Assembly: GCA_016873775.1 (NCBI GenBank)
Contig: VGWC01000002.1
Span: 4,832-68,831 of the forward strand
Source: Ignavibacteria bacterium
Lineage (GTDB): Bacteria; Bacteroidota; Ignavibacteria; UBA10030; F1-140-MAGs086
Length of the DNA: 64,000 bases
Direction: 5' to 3'
The position numbers and the translations under genes are program-made. Below the pieces are notes generated by a model. The model ran no database searches. It saw only the letters and a list, made by a program, of their open reading frames with translations, and had not been told where the DNA came from. Of this stretch, positions 18,842 to 27,974 are shown in pieces. Position 1 is the stretch's first letter, and each line of letters opens with the position of its first letter.

Positions 18842-20029
18842 CTACCGAACAAGAAACGCCAATAAAACCGTTGTTACGATTGCATATTGCAACGAAGTCG
18901 AAATCTTTCCATAATTATTTTTTCCCCAATGCCAACCGAATGCGAGAACATACATTGCCGCGATAAGTGCAAAAGACAACACAAAACATTCAACACAACC
19001 AAGTGTTTTACCGTATTGGTGAATCATACTCCAATGTATCATTACCGAACCATACACAACCCAAAGGTGAACGACGTACACTAATAACGATTCTTGTCCG
19101 AATATTTTCATTGCAGAAACAATTGATGAGAAATTTTTACGAATTACAATAATGTGACTTTGCAATGCTGATTCAATTTTTTGTTCGTACATCCACCACC
19201 CGCAGAAAAACAAAACAACAAAGCCAAGCCGCATAAAAAAGAACTCCGGGCTTGCTTTCCAAAAATTGTGGTTCGGATAAATATCAAAGGGAAGCATTTC
19301 AATGAGAAGTGAAAGTATAATTCCACTCACTGCGAGCAACGAAATATTTTTTATGAATTGCTGCTCACGATTATTCTCTTTCGCATTCATAAACATTGCG
19401 CCGATAATTGTTCCACTCATCAAAAATGCAGACCAAGGAAAAAGTGGAAATTGTGATTTTACATTCATCGTCAAATACGGACGAATCCACATAGGGGAAT
19501 TACTATAATCCAATTCACGAATTATCGGACTACTAAAAATAATGAGAAGTGCAATTATTCCGGCAACAAAAAAATAAATTTTCTTATTACGAATAATTGC
19601 AACAAGAAATGCAAGAAATATCAACGTCAATGAAATCGCTTGTAAAACATCTGCCTGATAAAACGAAGAAAGAATTTTTTCGTCGTGTAATTCCGTCATC
19701 ATTCTCAATGAAAACAATGGAAGGTGCAACGCATAACCGACACAAAAAATAAAAAGCAATCGCGCATTATATCTCCAAAATGTTGAACCGAGCGAAATGA
19801 ACCTGTCCCATTTTTTATGTATCGCAATAGCCAACGATAATCCGGCGCAAAATAAAAACGACGGCGCGACAAATCCATTGCAGAACGTCAGTACTTTGTA
19901 CGAAAACTCATCCCGCAAAACAGGAAGTAGCAACGCATTGACTACGTGTGTTTCAATCATAAAAAACACCGCGCAACCTCGAAATATATCTATGAAATGA
20001 AAGCGAGAAGCCGATGGAGAATGATTCAT
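18842..20029 (-). CDS. DUF1624-family (heparan-alpha-glucosaminide N-acetyltransferase-like) membrane protein
   Basis: N-terminal HFIDIFRGCAVFFMIETHV is typical of DUF1624/acyltransferase-3-like proteins. The protein has about 10 TM helices. Confidence 0.55.
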   Translation of the reverse strand: MNHSPSASRFHFIDIFRGCAVFFMIETHVVNALLLPVLRDEFSYKVLTFCNGFVAPSFLFCAGLSLAIAIHKKWDRFISLGSTFWRYNARLLFIFCVGYALHLPLFSLRMMTELHDEKILSSFYQADVLQAISLTLIFLAFLVAIIRNKKIYFFVAGIIALLIIFSSPIIRELDYSNSPMWIRPYLTMNVKSQFPLFPWSAFLMSGTIIGAMFMNAKENNREQQFIKNISLLAVSGIILSLLIEMLPFDIYPNHNFWKASPEFFFMRLGFVVLFFCGWWMYEQKIESALQSHIIVIRKNFSSIVSAMKIFGQESLLVYVVHLWVVYGSVMIHWSMIHQYGKTLGCVECFVLSFALIAAMYVLAFGWHWGKNNYGKISTSLQYAIVTTVLLAFLVR

Positions 20030-20206
20030 TGTTTTTTGTTAGATGAAAAGAATAGCAACTTAAATTCCAAATTCAAAACTCAAATATCAAATAAATTTCA
20101 AATTTCGAAACGGGAAATATTATCCGTTCATTAAATCAAATACCAGAATTTAAAATTTGAGTTTTGAATTTTATTTGACATTTGGAATTTGTCCTTTGAA
20201 ATTTTC

Positions 20207-21901
20207 TCACGCTTTTCCCCTCTTCCCTTGCTCTTCCACCGTAAAAATCCACGCGGCAAGTTTTCCTGGCTCAATTGAATTGAAATCGTTCCAATAACTT
20301 TTTCTACGGAAGTACCGAGAACTTGTTTCTTCTACAGAAATTTTTTCGGCTTCGGCAATTATTATGTTCATTCGCGATTTCCATTTTTCCATATTCGCTA
20401 CACGCAAATCAACCCAACCATCGCGCGACCACGTTGCAATTTTTTCGGAAGAAATTTTCAATTCATTCTCGCCAAGAAACGCAGGAATTTTTATTTCCTT
20501 TCCACGCAACAATGTTTTTCCATCGGGCATTAAAATAGGAATGCCGACAGAAATAATTTGCGAGCGTAGTGATTTGTTCTTTGCAATTTCATTCGATAAT
20601 TGTTTTGAAAGTATGTTCGCATTCGCTTTCATCACTGATCTCATTGACAAAAAACATTTCTTTAACAAATATGCTTCAAACAATAGTTTTGAAAGTCGCG
20701 GCGGACCAAGAATTTCAAACGCTATACTCTCAACGTTGTGTTTCTTTTCCAACTCTTCCAATTTTTGAATTGCACTGTTCCACATAAATCCCGCGCGATA
20801 CGTTGGGTCAAGCACAGCATTATCGAGCGCGTTCACAATATCGTGTCCTGTGTTTCCGCCTTTTATTTCCATCACAACAGCATCGGCTATTTCTTCCGGC
20901 GTAACATATTCCATTTGCCCCGCAGTGGAAATTGCTTCGAATTCATTTTTAGAAAACAATCCGTTCTCTCCCGTATCAATGAATACCGATTTCATCGGCT
21001 GATTCAATTCAATACCGATTTTTTCATCGCGAATTTTTATTATCTCTTTCAGTTGAAATCCATTCTTCGGCGGACAATCAACAAGTGAAATTACTTTACC
21101 GCGTTTTTTTATTTCTCCGTACGAAATTTTTTTCCACGCAATCGCCGCCGTCGGTTTTATCTCTTTGATAATCGGAGCATCAGGAGTTCTTCCCATCAAA
21201 AACAACAACATCGTATGCGCGCCGGCAACAGAAGATTTTGAAAGCAACACGCGCGACGGACGTTCTTCGCTATGCGTGTACGGGATGTTGAGCCCCATTC
21301 CTCCTGTTCCACTCGTTCCGATTTTCACATAAATTTTTGTTTGCAGAAGTTGCATCGAACGATATAATAATTGCACGTGGCGAATAAGTTGCGGCGTGTA
21401 TTGTGTGCAGAGCAATCGTTCGATTTTTTCTTTTACGTTTCCGTTTTGTTTATCCAACGCTTGCAACACATCGCGCGAACTTTGAAAAATATCTTGATAC
21501 GCAATTCCCGTTGCAGAGTTCACGCAATCAACAACAATCGACGGTTTGAATTTTTTCAGAAGTTGATACACCGATGATTGCTCCAGAACCGTTGAAGTCA
21601 TTTCATTGAGAATATCGTCAATCAACGTTCTGCGATATTTTTCGTTGGAAAGAATTTCTTCGCGCGGCAAATCTTTGAATGCATTGCGCACAAAAATATT
21701 TCCCCACCACGATTGAAACATTTCTTTTTTCAACTTCGGATATTCTTTGCGAAGTTGCGTAACTGCATCATCCGTTTCTTCTTTTTTCAGCGAAGTGATG
21801 ATAACTTTTTTCGGTTGCTCTTCAAGAATACGATGACAAACTGCGGAGCCAACCAATCCCCAGCCGCCAATTACTAATACTGTTTGACCTTTGATGTTCA
21901 T
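20207..21901 (-). CDS. Uncharacterised 564-aa protein with an N-terminal NAD(P)-binding Rossmann fold
   Basis: GQTVLVIGGWGLVGSAV is a GxxGxxG Rossmann motif. The remaining 480 aa carry no motif I recognise. Confidence 0.5.
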   Translation of the reverse strand: MNIKGQTVLVIGGWGLVGSAVCHRILEEQPKKVIITSLKKEETDDAVTQLRKEYPKLKKEMFQSWWGNIFVRNAFKDLPREEILSNEKYRRTLIDDILNEMTSTVLEQSSVYQLLKKFKPSIVVDCVNSATGIAYQDIFQSSRDVLQALDKQNGNVKEKIERLLCTQYTPQLIRHVQLLYRSMQLLQTKIYVKIGTSGTGGMGLNIPYTHSEERPSRVLLSKSSVAGAHTMLLFLMGRTPDAPIIKEIKPTAAIAWKKISYGEIKKRGKVISLVDCPPKNGFQLKEIIKIRDEKIGIELNQPMKSVFIDTGENGLFSKNEFEAISTAGQMEYVTPEEIADAVVMEIKGGNTGHDIVNALDNAVLDPTYRAGFMWNSAIQKLEELEKKHNVESIAFEILGPPRLSKLLFEAYLLKKCFLSMRSVMKANANILSKQLSNEIAKNKSLRSQIISVGIPILMPDGKTLLRGKEIKIPAFLGENELKISSEKIATWSRDGWVDLRVANMEKWKSRMNIIIAEAEKISVEETSSRYFRRKSYWNDFNSIEPGKLAAWIFTVEEQGKRGKA

Positions 21902-21962
21902 TTTATTTTACATTTTAGATTTCACATTGAACATTTATTGTTACATCTCTCATTTAAAAAAA

Positions 21963-22013
21963 TGTAAAATGTTCAATATAAAATTACAATAATCTCAATA
22001 ATTCCAAGTGAAA
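21963..22013. promoter_or_regulatory. Composite of two recurring motifs: 22-mer TGTAAAATGTTCAATATAAAAT plus 27-mer CAATAATCTCAATAATTCCAAGTGAAA
   Basis: Both motifs recur elsewhere: the 22-mer at 18653, and the 27-mer family at 27949 and 29956. The composite lies upstream of the minus-strand gene 20207-21901 and just 3' of era. Confidence 0.5.
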
Positions 22014-22014
22014 A

Positions 22015-22929
22015 CTACTTATATCCATACTCTCTCAAAAACGTATCGTTCTCGCGCCAATCTTCTCGCACTTTCACAAAGAGTTCAAGAAAAACTTTTC
22101 TTCCGAGAAATTGTTCGATGTCTTTTCGCGCTCGTGTTCCGATGTTTTTCAGCATCATACCTCTTGCGCCAATCACGATTCCTTTTTGCGACTGCCGCTC
22201 CACAACAATCTCAGCAGAAATTTTATCGGGCTTTCCAGGACGTTCAATAAATTCAACAACATTCACTGCGGTGGAATAGGGAATTTCTTGTTTGAGAAGT
22301 TGAAAAACTTTTTCGCGAATAATTTCCGAAACAAAAAATCGCTCGTTCTTATCGCTCAATTCATCTTCGGAATAATACGGCGGATGAAGCGGCAAATACA
22401 TTTCAATCGTTTTCAGTAAATCGGAAATACCAACCATATTCAACGCAGAAATCGGAATGTATTCTTTGAATGCAAACTGTTGGGAAATCATTGAAATGAT
22501 TTCTAAAATTTTTCCTTTCTCCACCGCATCAACTTTATTGATAATAAGAAAAGTTGGCTTCGTCGTTTTATGAATTGCTTGAAAAGAAATATCGTCGCCA
22601 ACTTTTTCTAATCGCTGCGGCGAGTGAATGTCGAAATCCGTTGCGTCAATCATCAGCAACACAACGTCCGCATCATCGAGCGAACTATGCGCGGACTGCA
22701 TCATTACGCTGTGCAATTTATATTTCGGCTCGATAATTCCCGGCGTATCGAGAAAAAGAATTTGACAATTCTCTCTGTTATAAATTCCTAAAATCTTGTC
22801 GCGCGTAGTTTGCGGTTTCGGTGTTACGATGGAAAGTTTATGCTGCAAAATACAATTCATCAACGTTGATTTTCCAACATTCGGTTTTCCAACAATTGCT
22901 ACAAAACCTGCGCGAAAGTTATTCGTCAT
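22015..22929 (-). CDS. era: GTPase Era
   Basis: GKPNVGKSTL is G1, DTPG is G3 and NKVD is G4. The C-terminal KH domain (VIGARGMMLKNIGTRARKDIE...LELFVKV) has the KH-type fold of Era. Confidence 0.9.
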   Translation of the reverse strand: MTNNFRAGFVAIVGKPNVGKSTLMNCILQHKLSIVTPKPQTTRDKILGIYNRENCQILFLDTPGIIEPKYKLHSVMMQSAHSSLDDADVVLLMIDATDFDIHSPQRLEKVGDDISFQAIHKTTKPTFLIINKVDAVEKGKILEIISMISQQFAFKEYIPISALNMVGISDLLKTIEMYLPLHPPYYSEDELSDKNERFFVSEIIREKVFQLLKQEIPYSTAVNVVEFIERPGKPDKISAEIVVERQSQKGIVIGARGMMLKNIGTRARKDIEQFLGRKVFLELFVKVREDWRENDTFLREYGYK

Positions 22930-23623
22930 TTGTAGTGTTCTTTATTCTTTTTTCTAATGCAACTTGCCTCAACAACGGCGAAATCCTATATCTGTCATCT
23001 CCCAACTCTCTATGCAACGCAGAAAGCACGGCGACTACATTTTCATAACCGATTTTTTCTCCCCATTCAATCGGACCAAACGGATAATTTGTTCCGAGTT
23101 TCATTGCCGTATCAATCGCTTCGGGAGTTGCGATTTCTTCCTGCAGCGCAAAGAACGATTCATTCACAAGCATACACACGATGCGCGGCAACACCATTCC
23201 CACTCTATCTTGCACTACGGAAAATTGTTTTCCGATTTGCAGAACAAATGTTTGCACAACGTCCCATGTTTTTTTTGTAACATTTGTCGGAGATGCAATT
23301 TCAATAAGTTCACCCGAAAGAAAAGTTGGTAAGGCAGAAATTCCAAGCAGTTGTGTTTCTTTGTCGAGCCACAACAACTGTTCGCTTGCAGTAACAGTAA
23401 TTGATGAAGAAAGAATAGCTGTGTTTTTATATAGCGAACGGAGAAATTTTAAATTCTCTTTCTTCTTTTCAACATCACAAAGCGACAACTCAATTGCAAG
23501 AAAAATATTTTGCGATGAATGGAAGTTTATAACAACGTCAAATCCTTTCATTTCGCAAAATGATTTCCATTCATTAAGTAATGGTTCTTCGCCGAGGAGG
23601 AGGAGGTTTTTTTTATCAATCAT
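22919..23623 (-). CDS. 3-hydroxyacyl-CoA dehydrogenase family homolog with degenerate active-site motifs (probable pseudoenzyme)
   Basis: It aligns along its full length with Hbd-type 3HCDH (C-terminal domain VGMVLPRIVCMLVNESFFALQEEIATPEAIDTAMKLGTNYPFGPIEWGEKIGY). However, the GxGxMG NAD motif is GEEPLL and the catalytic His of HFFNP is absent (GISALPTF). Confidence 0.6.
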   Translation of the reverse strand: MIDKKNLLLLGEEPLLNEWKSFCEMKGFDVVINFHSSQNIFLAIELSLCDVEKKKENLKFLRSLYKNTAILSSSITVTASEQLLWLDKETQLLGISALPTFLSGELIEIASPTNVTKKTWDVVQTFVLQIGKQFSVVQDRVGMVLPRIVCMLVNESFFALQEEIATPEAIDTAMKLGTNYPFGPIEWGEKIGYENVVAVLSALHRELGDDRYRISPLLRQVALEKRIKNTTNDE

Positions 23624-23692
23624 ATTTATTTATCACGCAAAGTCGCCAAGATGCAAAGAACTCTTTTCAATTTTGCGTCTTTGCGAGAGACA

Positions 23693-24814
23693 TCACTCCA
23701 CAACTTCATCAATCACTCCACCGCCAATAACATCATCGCCTTCGTAAAGCGCAACGGATTGTCCCGGCGTAATGGCGCGTTTCGGTTCGTCAAACAGCAC
23801 GTGCAGTTTTCCTTCCGTATCAATGTATGCTTTCGCAGAACTTCCGCTATCGCCGTACCGAATTTTCGCCGTAACGTTGATGGGAACGGAAATATTTTCG
23901 TACGCAATTAAATTCACATTGCTTGCAATAAGTCCGCGATGAAATAATTCCACATCGCGTCCGACATAAATCGTATTTTCCTTCGCATCAATTTCTGTAA
24001 TATAAATTTTTTCTCCGACAGCAACGCCAAGTCCTTCGCGCTGACCAATCGTGTAAAACGGAAATCCGCGATGCGTTCCTATTTCTTTTCCTTCAAACAT
24101 AATTTTTCCTCCGCGAACATCTTCTTCCAAATTTGTAATGCGCTCTTTCAAAAATCGCTCGTAATTGTTGTCGGGAATAAAACAGATTTCGTAACTCTCG
24201 CCTTTCTTTGCAACACGCAAGTTGTGTTTCTCACCGATTGCGCGCGCTTCGGGCTTCGTGAGTTCTGCAAGCGGAAACATTGTGCGCGCGAGGGAATGTT
24301 GCGTTAGTCCCCACAGCGCATACGATTGGTCTTTGCTCGCATCTTTTCCGCGCGAAACGATATAGCGTTGTTTTGTTTCATCGAATCGCACGTTTGCATA
24401 ATGTCCAGTTGCAATAAAATCCGCACCGAGTGATTCTGCTTTACGAATGAGTTCTGCCCATTTGATTTCACGATTGCAAATCACGCACGGATTCGGTGTT
24501 CGTCCACTGAGATATTCGCTGGAAAATTTATCAATCACCGTGCGCGCAAACACTTCGGAAAAATCTAACACGTAATGCGGAAAACCAAGTTGAGATGCAA
24601 CACCGCGCGCATCGTTAATTCCATCGAGCGAGCAGCAACTCGATTCGTTTCCGATATTGCCGCCAACGTCTTCGTAACGATATGTTTTTATCGTAATGCC
24701 GATGAGGTTGTAACCTTGTTCAGCCAGAATCGCCGCTGCAACAGACGAATCCACTCCGCCGCTCATTGCTACGACTACAGTTGTATCTTTTGGTGATTTG
24801 TGAATTGGTTTCAT
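23693..24814 (-). CDS. mnmA: tRNA-specific 2-thiouridylase
   Basis: VVVAMSGGVDSSVAA is the PP-loop motif. Catalytic cysteines are present, and the central and C-terminal barrel domains are conserved. Confidence 0.9.
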   Translation of the reverse strand: MKPIHKSPKDTTVVVAMSGGVDSSVAAAILAEQGYNLIGITIKTYRYEDVGGNIGNESSCCSLDGINDARGVASQLGFPHYVLDFSEVFARTVIDKFSSEYLSGRTPNPCVICNREIKWAELIRKAESLGADFIATGHYANVRFDETKQRYIVSRGKDASKDQSYALWGLTQHSLARTMFPLAELTKPEARAIGEKHNLRVAKKGESYEICFIPDNNYERFLKERITNLEEDVRGGKIMFEGKEIGTHRGFPFYTIGQREGLGVAVGEKIYITEIDAKENTIYVGRDVELFHRGLIASNVNLIAYENISVPINVTAKIRYGDSGSSAKAYIDTEGKLHVLFDEPKRAITPGQSVALYEGDDVIGGGVIDEVVE

Positions 24815-24932
24815 TAAAAATGCGAGGAAAAGATAGGGAAAAGTCGAATGATTTTAGATTTACATTTTAGATTTCTGATTGAAAAAGTTTCTTTGCTTTC
24901 GTATCTTATGCATATAAAATTTTATCTCACGT

Positions 24933-25424
24933 ATGAAACATTCAGATTTTTTTACACTGATTATTCGTCTCACTGTTGGAATTTTCTTTTTGTATGTCGG
25001 CGTTCAGAAAATAAACAGCGGATGGCTTACCTCGAATGAACGATTAAATAAATCGTTGTATGATTACAATGACAATGCAACAGGAATACAAAATACATAT
25101 CTTGATAAATTAGCAATTCCTTTCTCTTCCATTTGGGCGCCGCTTATTGCTCTCGGAGAAACCGCATTAGGAGTTTCGTTGCTTATCGGGCTTTTTACAC
25201 GCACTTCAACACTTATGGGATTATTGATGATTCTCAATTTTCATTTCGCAAACGGAAATTTATTTTCAGCAGATTTTTTTGAAAGTAGTGGAGCAATTGT
25301 TTTATGCGGAACACTCCTTTATTTATTTTTCAGTTACTGCGGATATTCGTATGGTCTTGATGCACTTATCTCTGTAAACGTTCATAAACGAAAAGGAAAA
25401 TCGAAGTCTGCAAAAATCAGTTAA
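24933..25424 (+). CDS. DoxX-family membrane protein
   Basis: RLTVGIFFLYVGVQKI plus four TM helices are typical of DoxX. Confidence 0.6.
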   Translation: MKHSDFFTLIIRLTVGIFFLYVGVQKINSGWLTSNERLNKSLYDYNDNATGIQNTYLDKLAIPFSSIWAPLIALGETALGVSLLIGLFTRTSTLMGLLMILNFHFANGNLFSADFFESSGAIVLCGTLLYLFFSYCGYSYGLDALISVNVHKRKGKSKSAKIS

Positions 25425-25431
25425 TAACAGA

Positions 25432-26841
25432 ATGAATAACGAACTCATCGAAATTAATCTTTCCAAAGTCGAACATTCACCACTCATCAACAAAGACATT
25501 GCGCCGACAACAATTTCGCAACGTACGTGGGGAACATACAATATCGCCGCTTTGTGGATTGGAATGAGCGTGTGCATTCCAACATATATGCTTGCAAGCG
25601 GATTGATTGCCGGTGGAATGAATTGGTGGCAAGCGATTCTCACGATTGCATTAGGAAATATTATCGTTCTCATTCCAATGATTTTAAACGCGCACGCCGG
25701 AACAAAATATGGAATTCCGTTTCCCGTTCTTACGCGCGCTTCATTCGGAACAATCGGCTCGAACATTCCTGCATTACTTCGCGCGCTCGTTGCGTGCGGT
25801 TGGTTCGGCATTCAAACGTGGATTGGCGGACAAGCAATTGATGCAATGCTCGTCGTTCTTATTCCAGCGTGGAGTACGCTTGGTTTCGGTCAGTGGATTT
25901 CGTTTGCAATTTTTTGGATGATGAACGTGTATTTCATTATCAAAGGAACGGAATCAATTCGTTGGCTCGAATCACTTGCCGCGCCGTTTCTTATTGTTGT
26001 TGGATTAGGATTGCTTGCGTGGGCGTACGTGCAAGGAGGTGGCTGGGGTCCAATTCTTTCGCAGCAAAGTAAATTTCAAACAGCAGAAGAGTTTTGGAAA
26101 TTTTTTGTTCCATCGCTGACGGGAATGGTGGGATTTTGGGCAACACTTTCGCTCAATATTCCGGATTTTTCTCGCTACGCAAAAAGTCAGCGAGCGCAAA
26201 TTCTTGGACAAGCATTCGGACTTCCGCCAACTATGGCATTGTATTCATTCATCGGCGTTGCAGTTACATCGGCAACGATTGTAATTTTTGGTGAAGCAAT
26301 TTGGGATCCCGTTGCATTGCTTGCTAAGTTTCACAATCCGATTATCATTTTGCTTTCGATGCTTTCACTTCTTGTTGCAACGCTGACGACAAACATTGCG
26401 GCAAACGTTGTTTCTCCCGCGAACGATTTCGCAAACTTAATGCCGAAGAAAATTACATTCAAAATCGGCGGATTGATTACTGCGTTTGTTGGAATCGCGA
26501 TGATGCCGTGGAAACTTCTTTCAGATTTTGGAACGTATATTTTCGTTTGGCTCATTGGTTACTCGAGTTTTCTTGGTCCCATTGCCGGCGTGATGATTGC
26601 GGATTATTTCATCATTCGCAAACTGAAATTGAACGTAGAAGATTTATATTTGCGCAATGGCGAATACGAATTCAGCAACGGTTTCAATTTTAAAGCGCTC
26701 CTTTCTCTTTTCGCCGGCGTGTTTGTCGGATTGATTGGCTTATTCGTTTCCGACCTTCGCTTTTTGTATGATTATGCGTGGTTTGTTGGGTTTGGTGTGG
26801 CAATGGTTTGTTACAAACTTATTATGAAAAAGAAGGATTAG
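25432..26841 (+). CDS. NCS1-family nucleobase:cation symporter
   Basis: Twelve TM helices. The N-terminal RTWGTYNIAALWIGMSVCIPTY and GWFGIQTWIGG motifs are typical of the cytosine/uracil/allantoin permease family. Confidence 0.7.
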   Translation: MNNELIEINLSKVEHSPLINKDIAPTTISQRTWGTYNIAALWIGMSVCIPTYMLASGLIAGGMNWWQAILTIALGNIIVLIPMILNAHAGTKYGIPFPVLTRASFGTIGSNIPALLRALVACGWFGIQTWIGGQAIDAMLVVLIPAWSTLGFGQWISFAIFWMMNVYFIIKGTESIRWLESLAAPFLIVVGLGLLAWAYVQGGGWGPILSQQSKFQTAEEFWKFFVPSLTGMVGFWATLSLNIPDFSRYAKSQRAQILGQAFGLPPTMALYSFIGVAVTSATIVIFGEAIWDPVALLAKFHNPIIILLSMLSLLVATLTTNIAANVVSPANDFANLMPKKITFKIGGLITAFVGIAMMPWKLLSDFGTYIFVWLIGYSSFLGPIAGVMIADYFIIRKLKLNVEDLYLRNGEYEFSNGFNFKALLSLFAGVFVGLIGLFVSDLRFLYDYAWFVGFGVAMVCYKLIMKKKD

Positions 26842-26842
26842 A

Positions 26843-27523
26843 ATGGTTTCTTACGTAGATAAAATATTTCAATTCTATAATGAAATTTGTGAAGGAAAAT
26901 ATTTTTGGATGAAAGAGAGGCTAGAAAAAGAAAATATTTTTATACTTGATGAGTTTCTAATTAACGAATCTTTTATGAGATTGTTTTATGATACTTACGT
27001 TGTACCACACTCCCCTAAAATCGTTATATGTGGAATTAACCCTGGAAGAAAAGGAGCCGGAAAAACTGGCGTTCCTTTTTTAGATCTTAAGTCTCTATCA
27101 AAATTATTAAACGGCTTAAATAAAATAGAAGAAGAGCGTAGCGCGCAATTTTTTTATTCCATTATTGAAAACTATGGTTGTAAAGTTTTTTATTCCAGTT
27201 TTTATGTTACAAATATTTCTTGTTTAGGTTTTATAAAAAAAGAAAAACGATATAGAAACATCAATTATTTCGACCTACCAATAGAAGTTCAGACTATTAT
27301 TTTAGAGAAATTTGTTGACGAAATGAATTTAGTTAAACCTTTACGTATTATCCCTTGCAGTATTGATGTTGAAATAACATTAAACGAGCTAAAACAAAAC
27401 GATAAAATAAATGCAATTATTGAAAATAGATTACCTCATCCTTATTACTGTTCAATTGACAGAAATAAGATCACTCAAAAGCAGAATTATATTAATACAT
27501 TAAATAGATTCATTACTTTATAA
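26843..27523 (+). CDS. Divergent uracil-DNA glycosylase superfamily protein (MUG/SMUG-like GINPG motif) in a low-GC islet
   Basis: IVICGINPGRKGAGKTGVPF parallels MUG motif A, VVFCGINPGLSSAGTGFPF. A candidate motif-B analogue is IIPCS. Its codon usage and GC are visibly lower than flanking genes. It starts 1 nt after the NCS1 stop. Confidence 0.45.
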   Translation: MVSYVDKIFQFYNEICEGKYFWMKERLEKENIFILDEFLINESFMRLFYDTYVVPHSPKIVICGINPGRKGAGKTGVPFLDLKSLSKLLNGLNKIEEERSAQFFYSIIENYGCKVFYSSFYVTNISCLGFIKKEKRYRNINYFDLPIEVQTIILEKFVDEMNLVKPLRIIPCSIDVEITLNELKQNDKINAIIENRLPHPYYCSIDRNKITQKQNYINTLNRFITL

Positions 27524-27567
27524 TTACGATCATTGAAAAGATGAGTTATTTCCTGATTTGAAAACTT

Positions 27568-27912
27568 ATGAACACACAACTTAACATCCTTCAACTTCTC
27601 CAACAACTTCCCGAAGAAAAGCAAGTGGAAGTTCTTCACTATGTTGAATTTCTCTTGCAAAAATATTCTCCGACAAAACACAATGTTGTCAAAGAAGAAA
27701 CGCAAGAATACGGAGTGCAAGAAACAACAACAATAAACCGCGAAGAACTCAAACAAGAAATTGACCAACTTCCTGAACAAATTTTAGAAGAAGTGTATCG
27801 TTTGCTTCATCCGATGCAGAAAGAGAAAAAGAGACGAGTGCCATTCAAAACATACAACTTAGGTGGACAACTTGACAAAGTGAACATAAGAAAATTTGCT
27901 TATGAAGAATGA
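27568..27912 (+). CDS. DUF2281-like putative antitoxin-like protein with no adjacent toxin gene
   Basis: N-terminal LPEEKQVEVLHYVEFLLQK matches the DUF2281 pattern. The basic, Gly-containing C-terminal tail RRVPFKTYNLGGQLDKVNIRKFAYEE matches the C-terminal tail of DUF2281/VapB-like antitoxins. Confidence 0.45.
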   Translation: MNTQLNILQLLQQLPEEKQVEVLHYVEFLLQKYSPTKHNVVKEETQEYGVQETTTINREELKQEIDQLPEQILEEVYRLLHPMQKEKKRRVPFKTYNLGGQLDKVNIRKFAYEE

Positions 27913-27948
27913 ACTTGTTCTCACTACATTGTAGCTGCATTGCAATTT

Positions 27949-27974
27949 CAATAATACCAATTATTCCAAGTGAA
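27949..27974 (+). promoter_or_regulatory. 27-nt motif CAATAATACCAATTATTCCAAGTGAA overlapping the recQ start
   Basis: Member of the CAATAATnnCAAT(A/T)AT..CAAGTGAA family, also at 21987-22013 and 29956-29984. The recQ GTG start codon lies within the motif. Confidence 0.5.

Noticed and set aside
27487-27780. Minus-strand 97-aa ORF overlapping the DUF2281-like gene
   Set aside because: It is antisense to a better-supported plus-strand ORF, with F/L-rich low-complexity translation.
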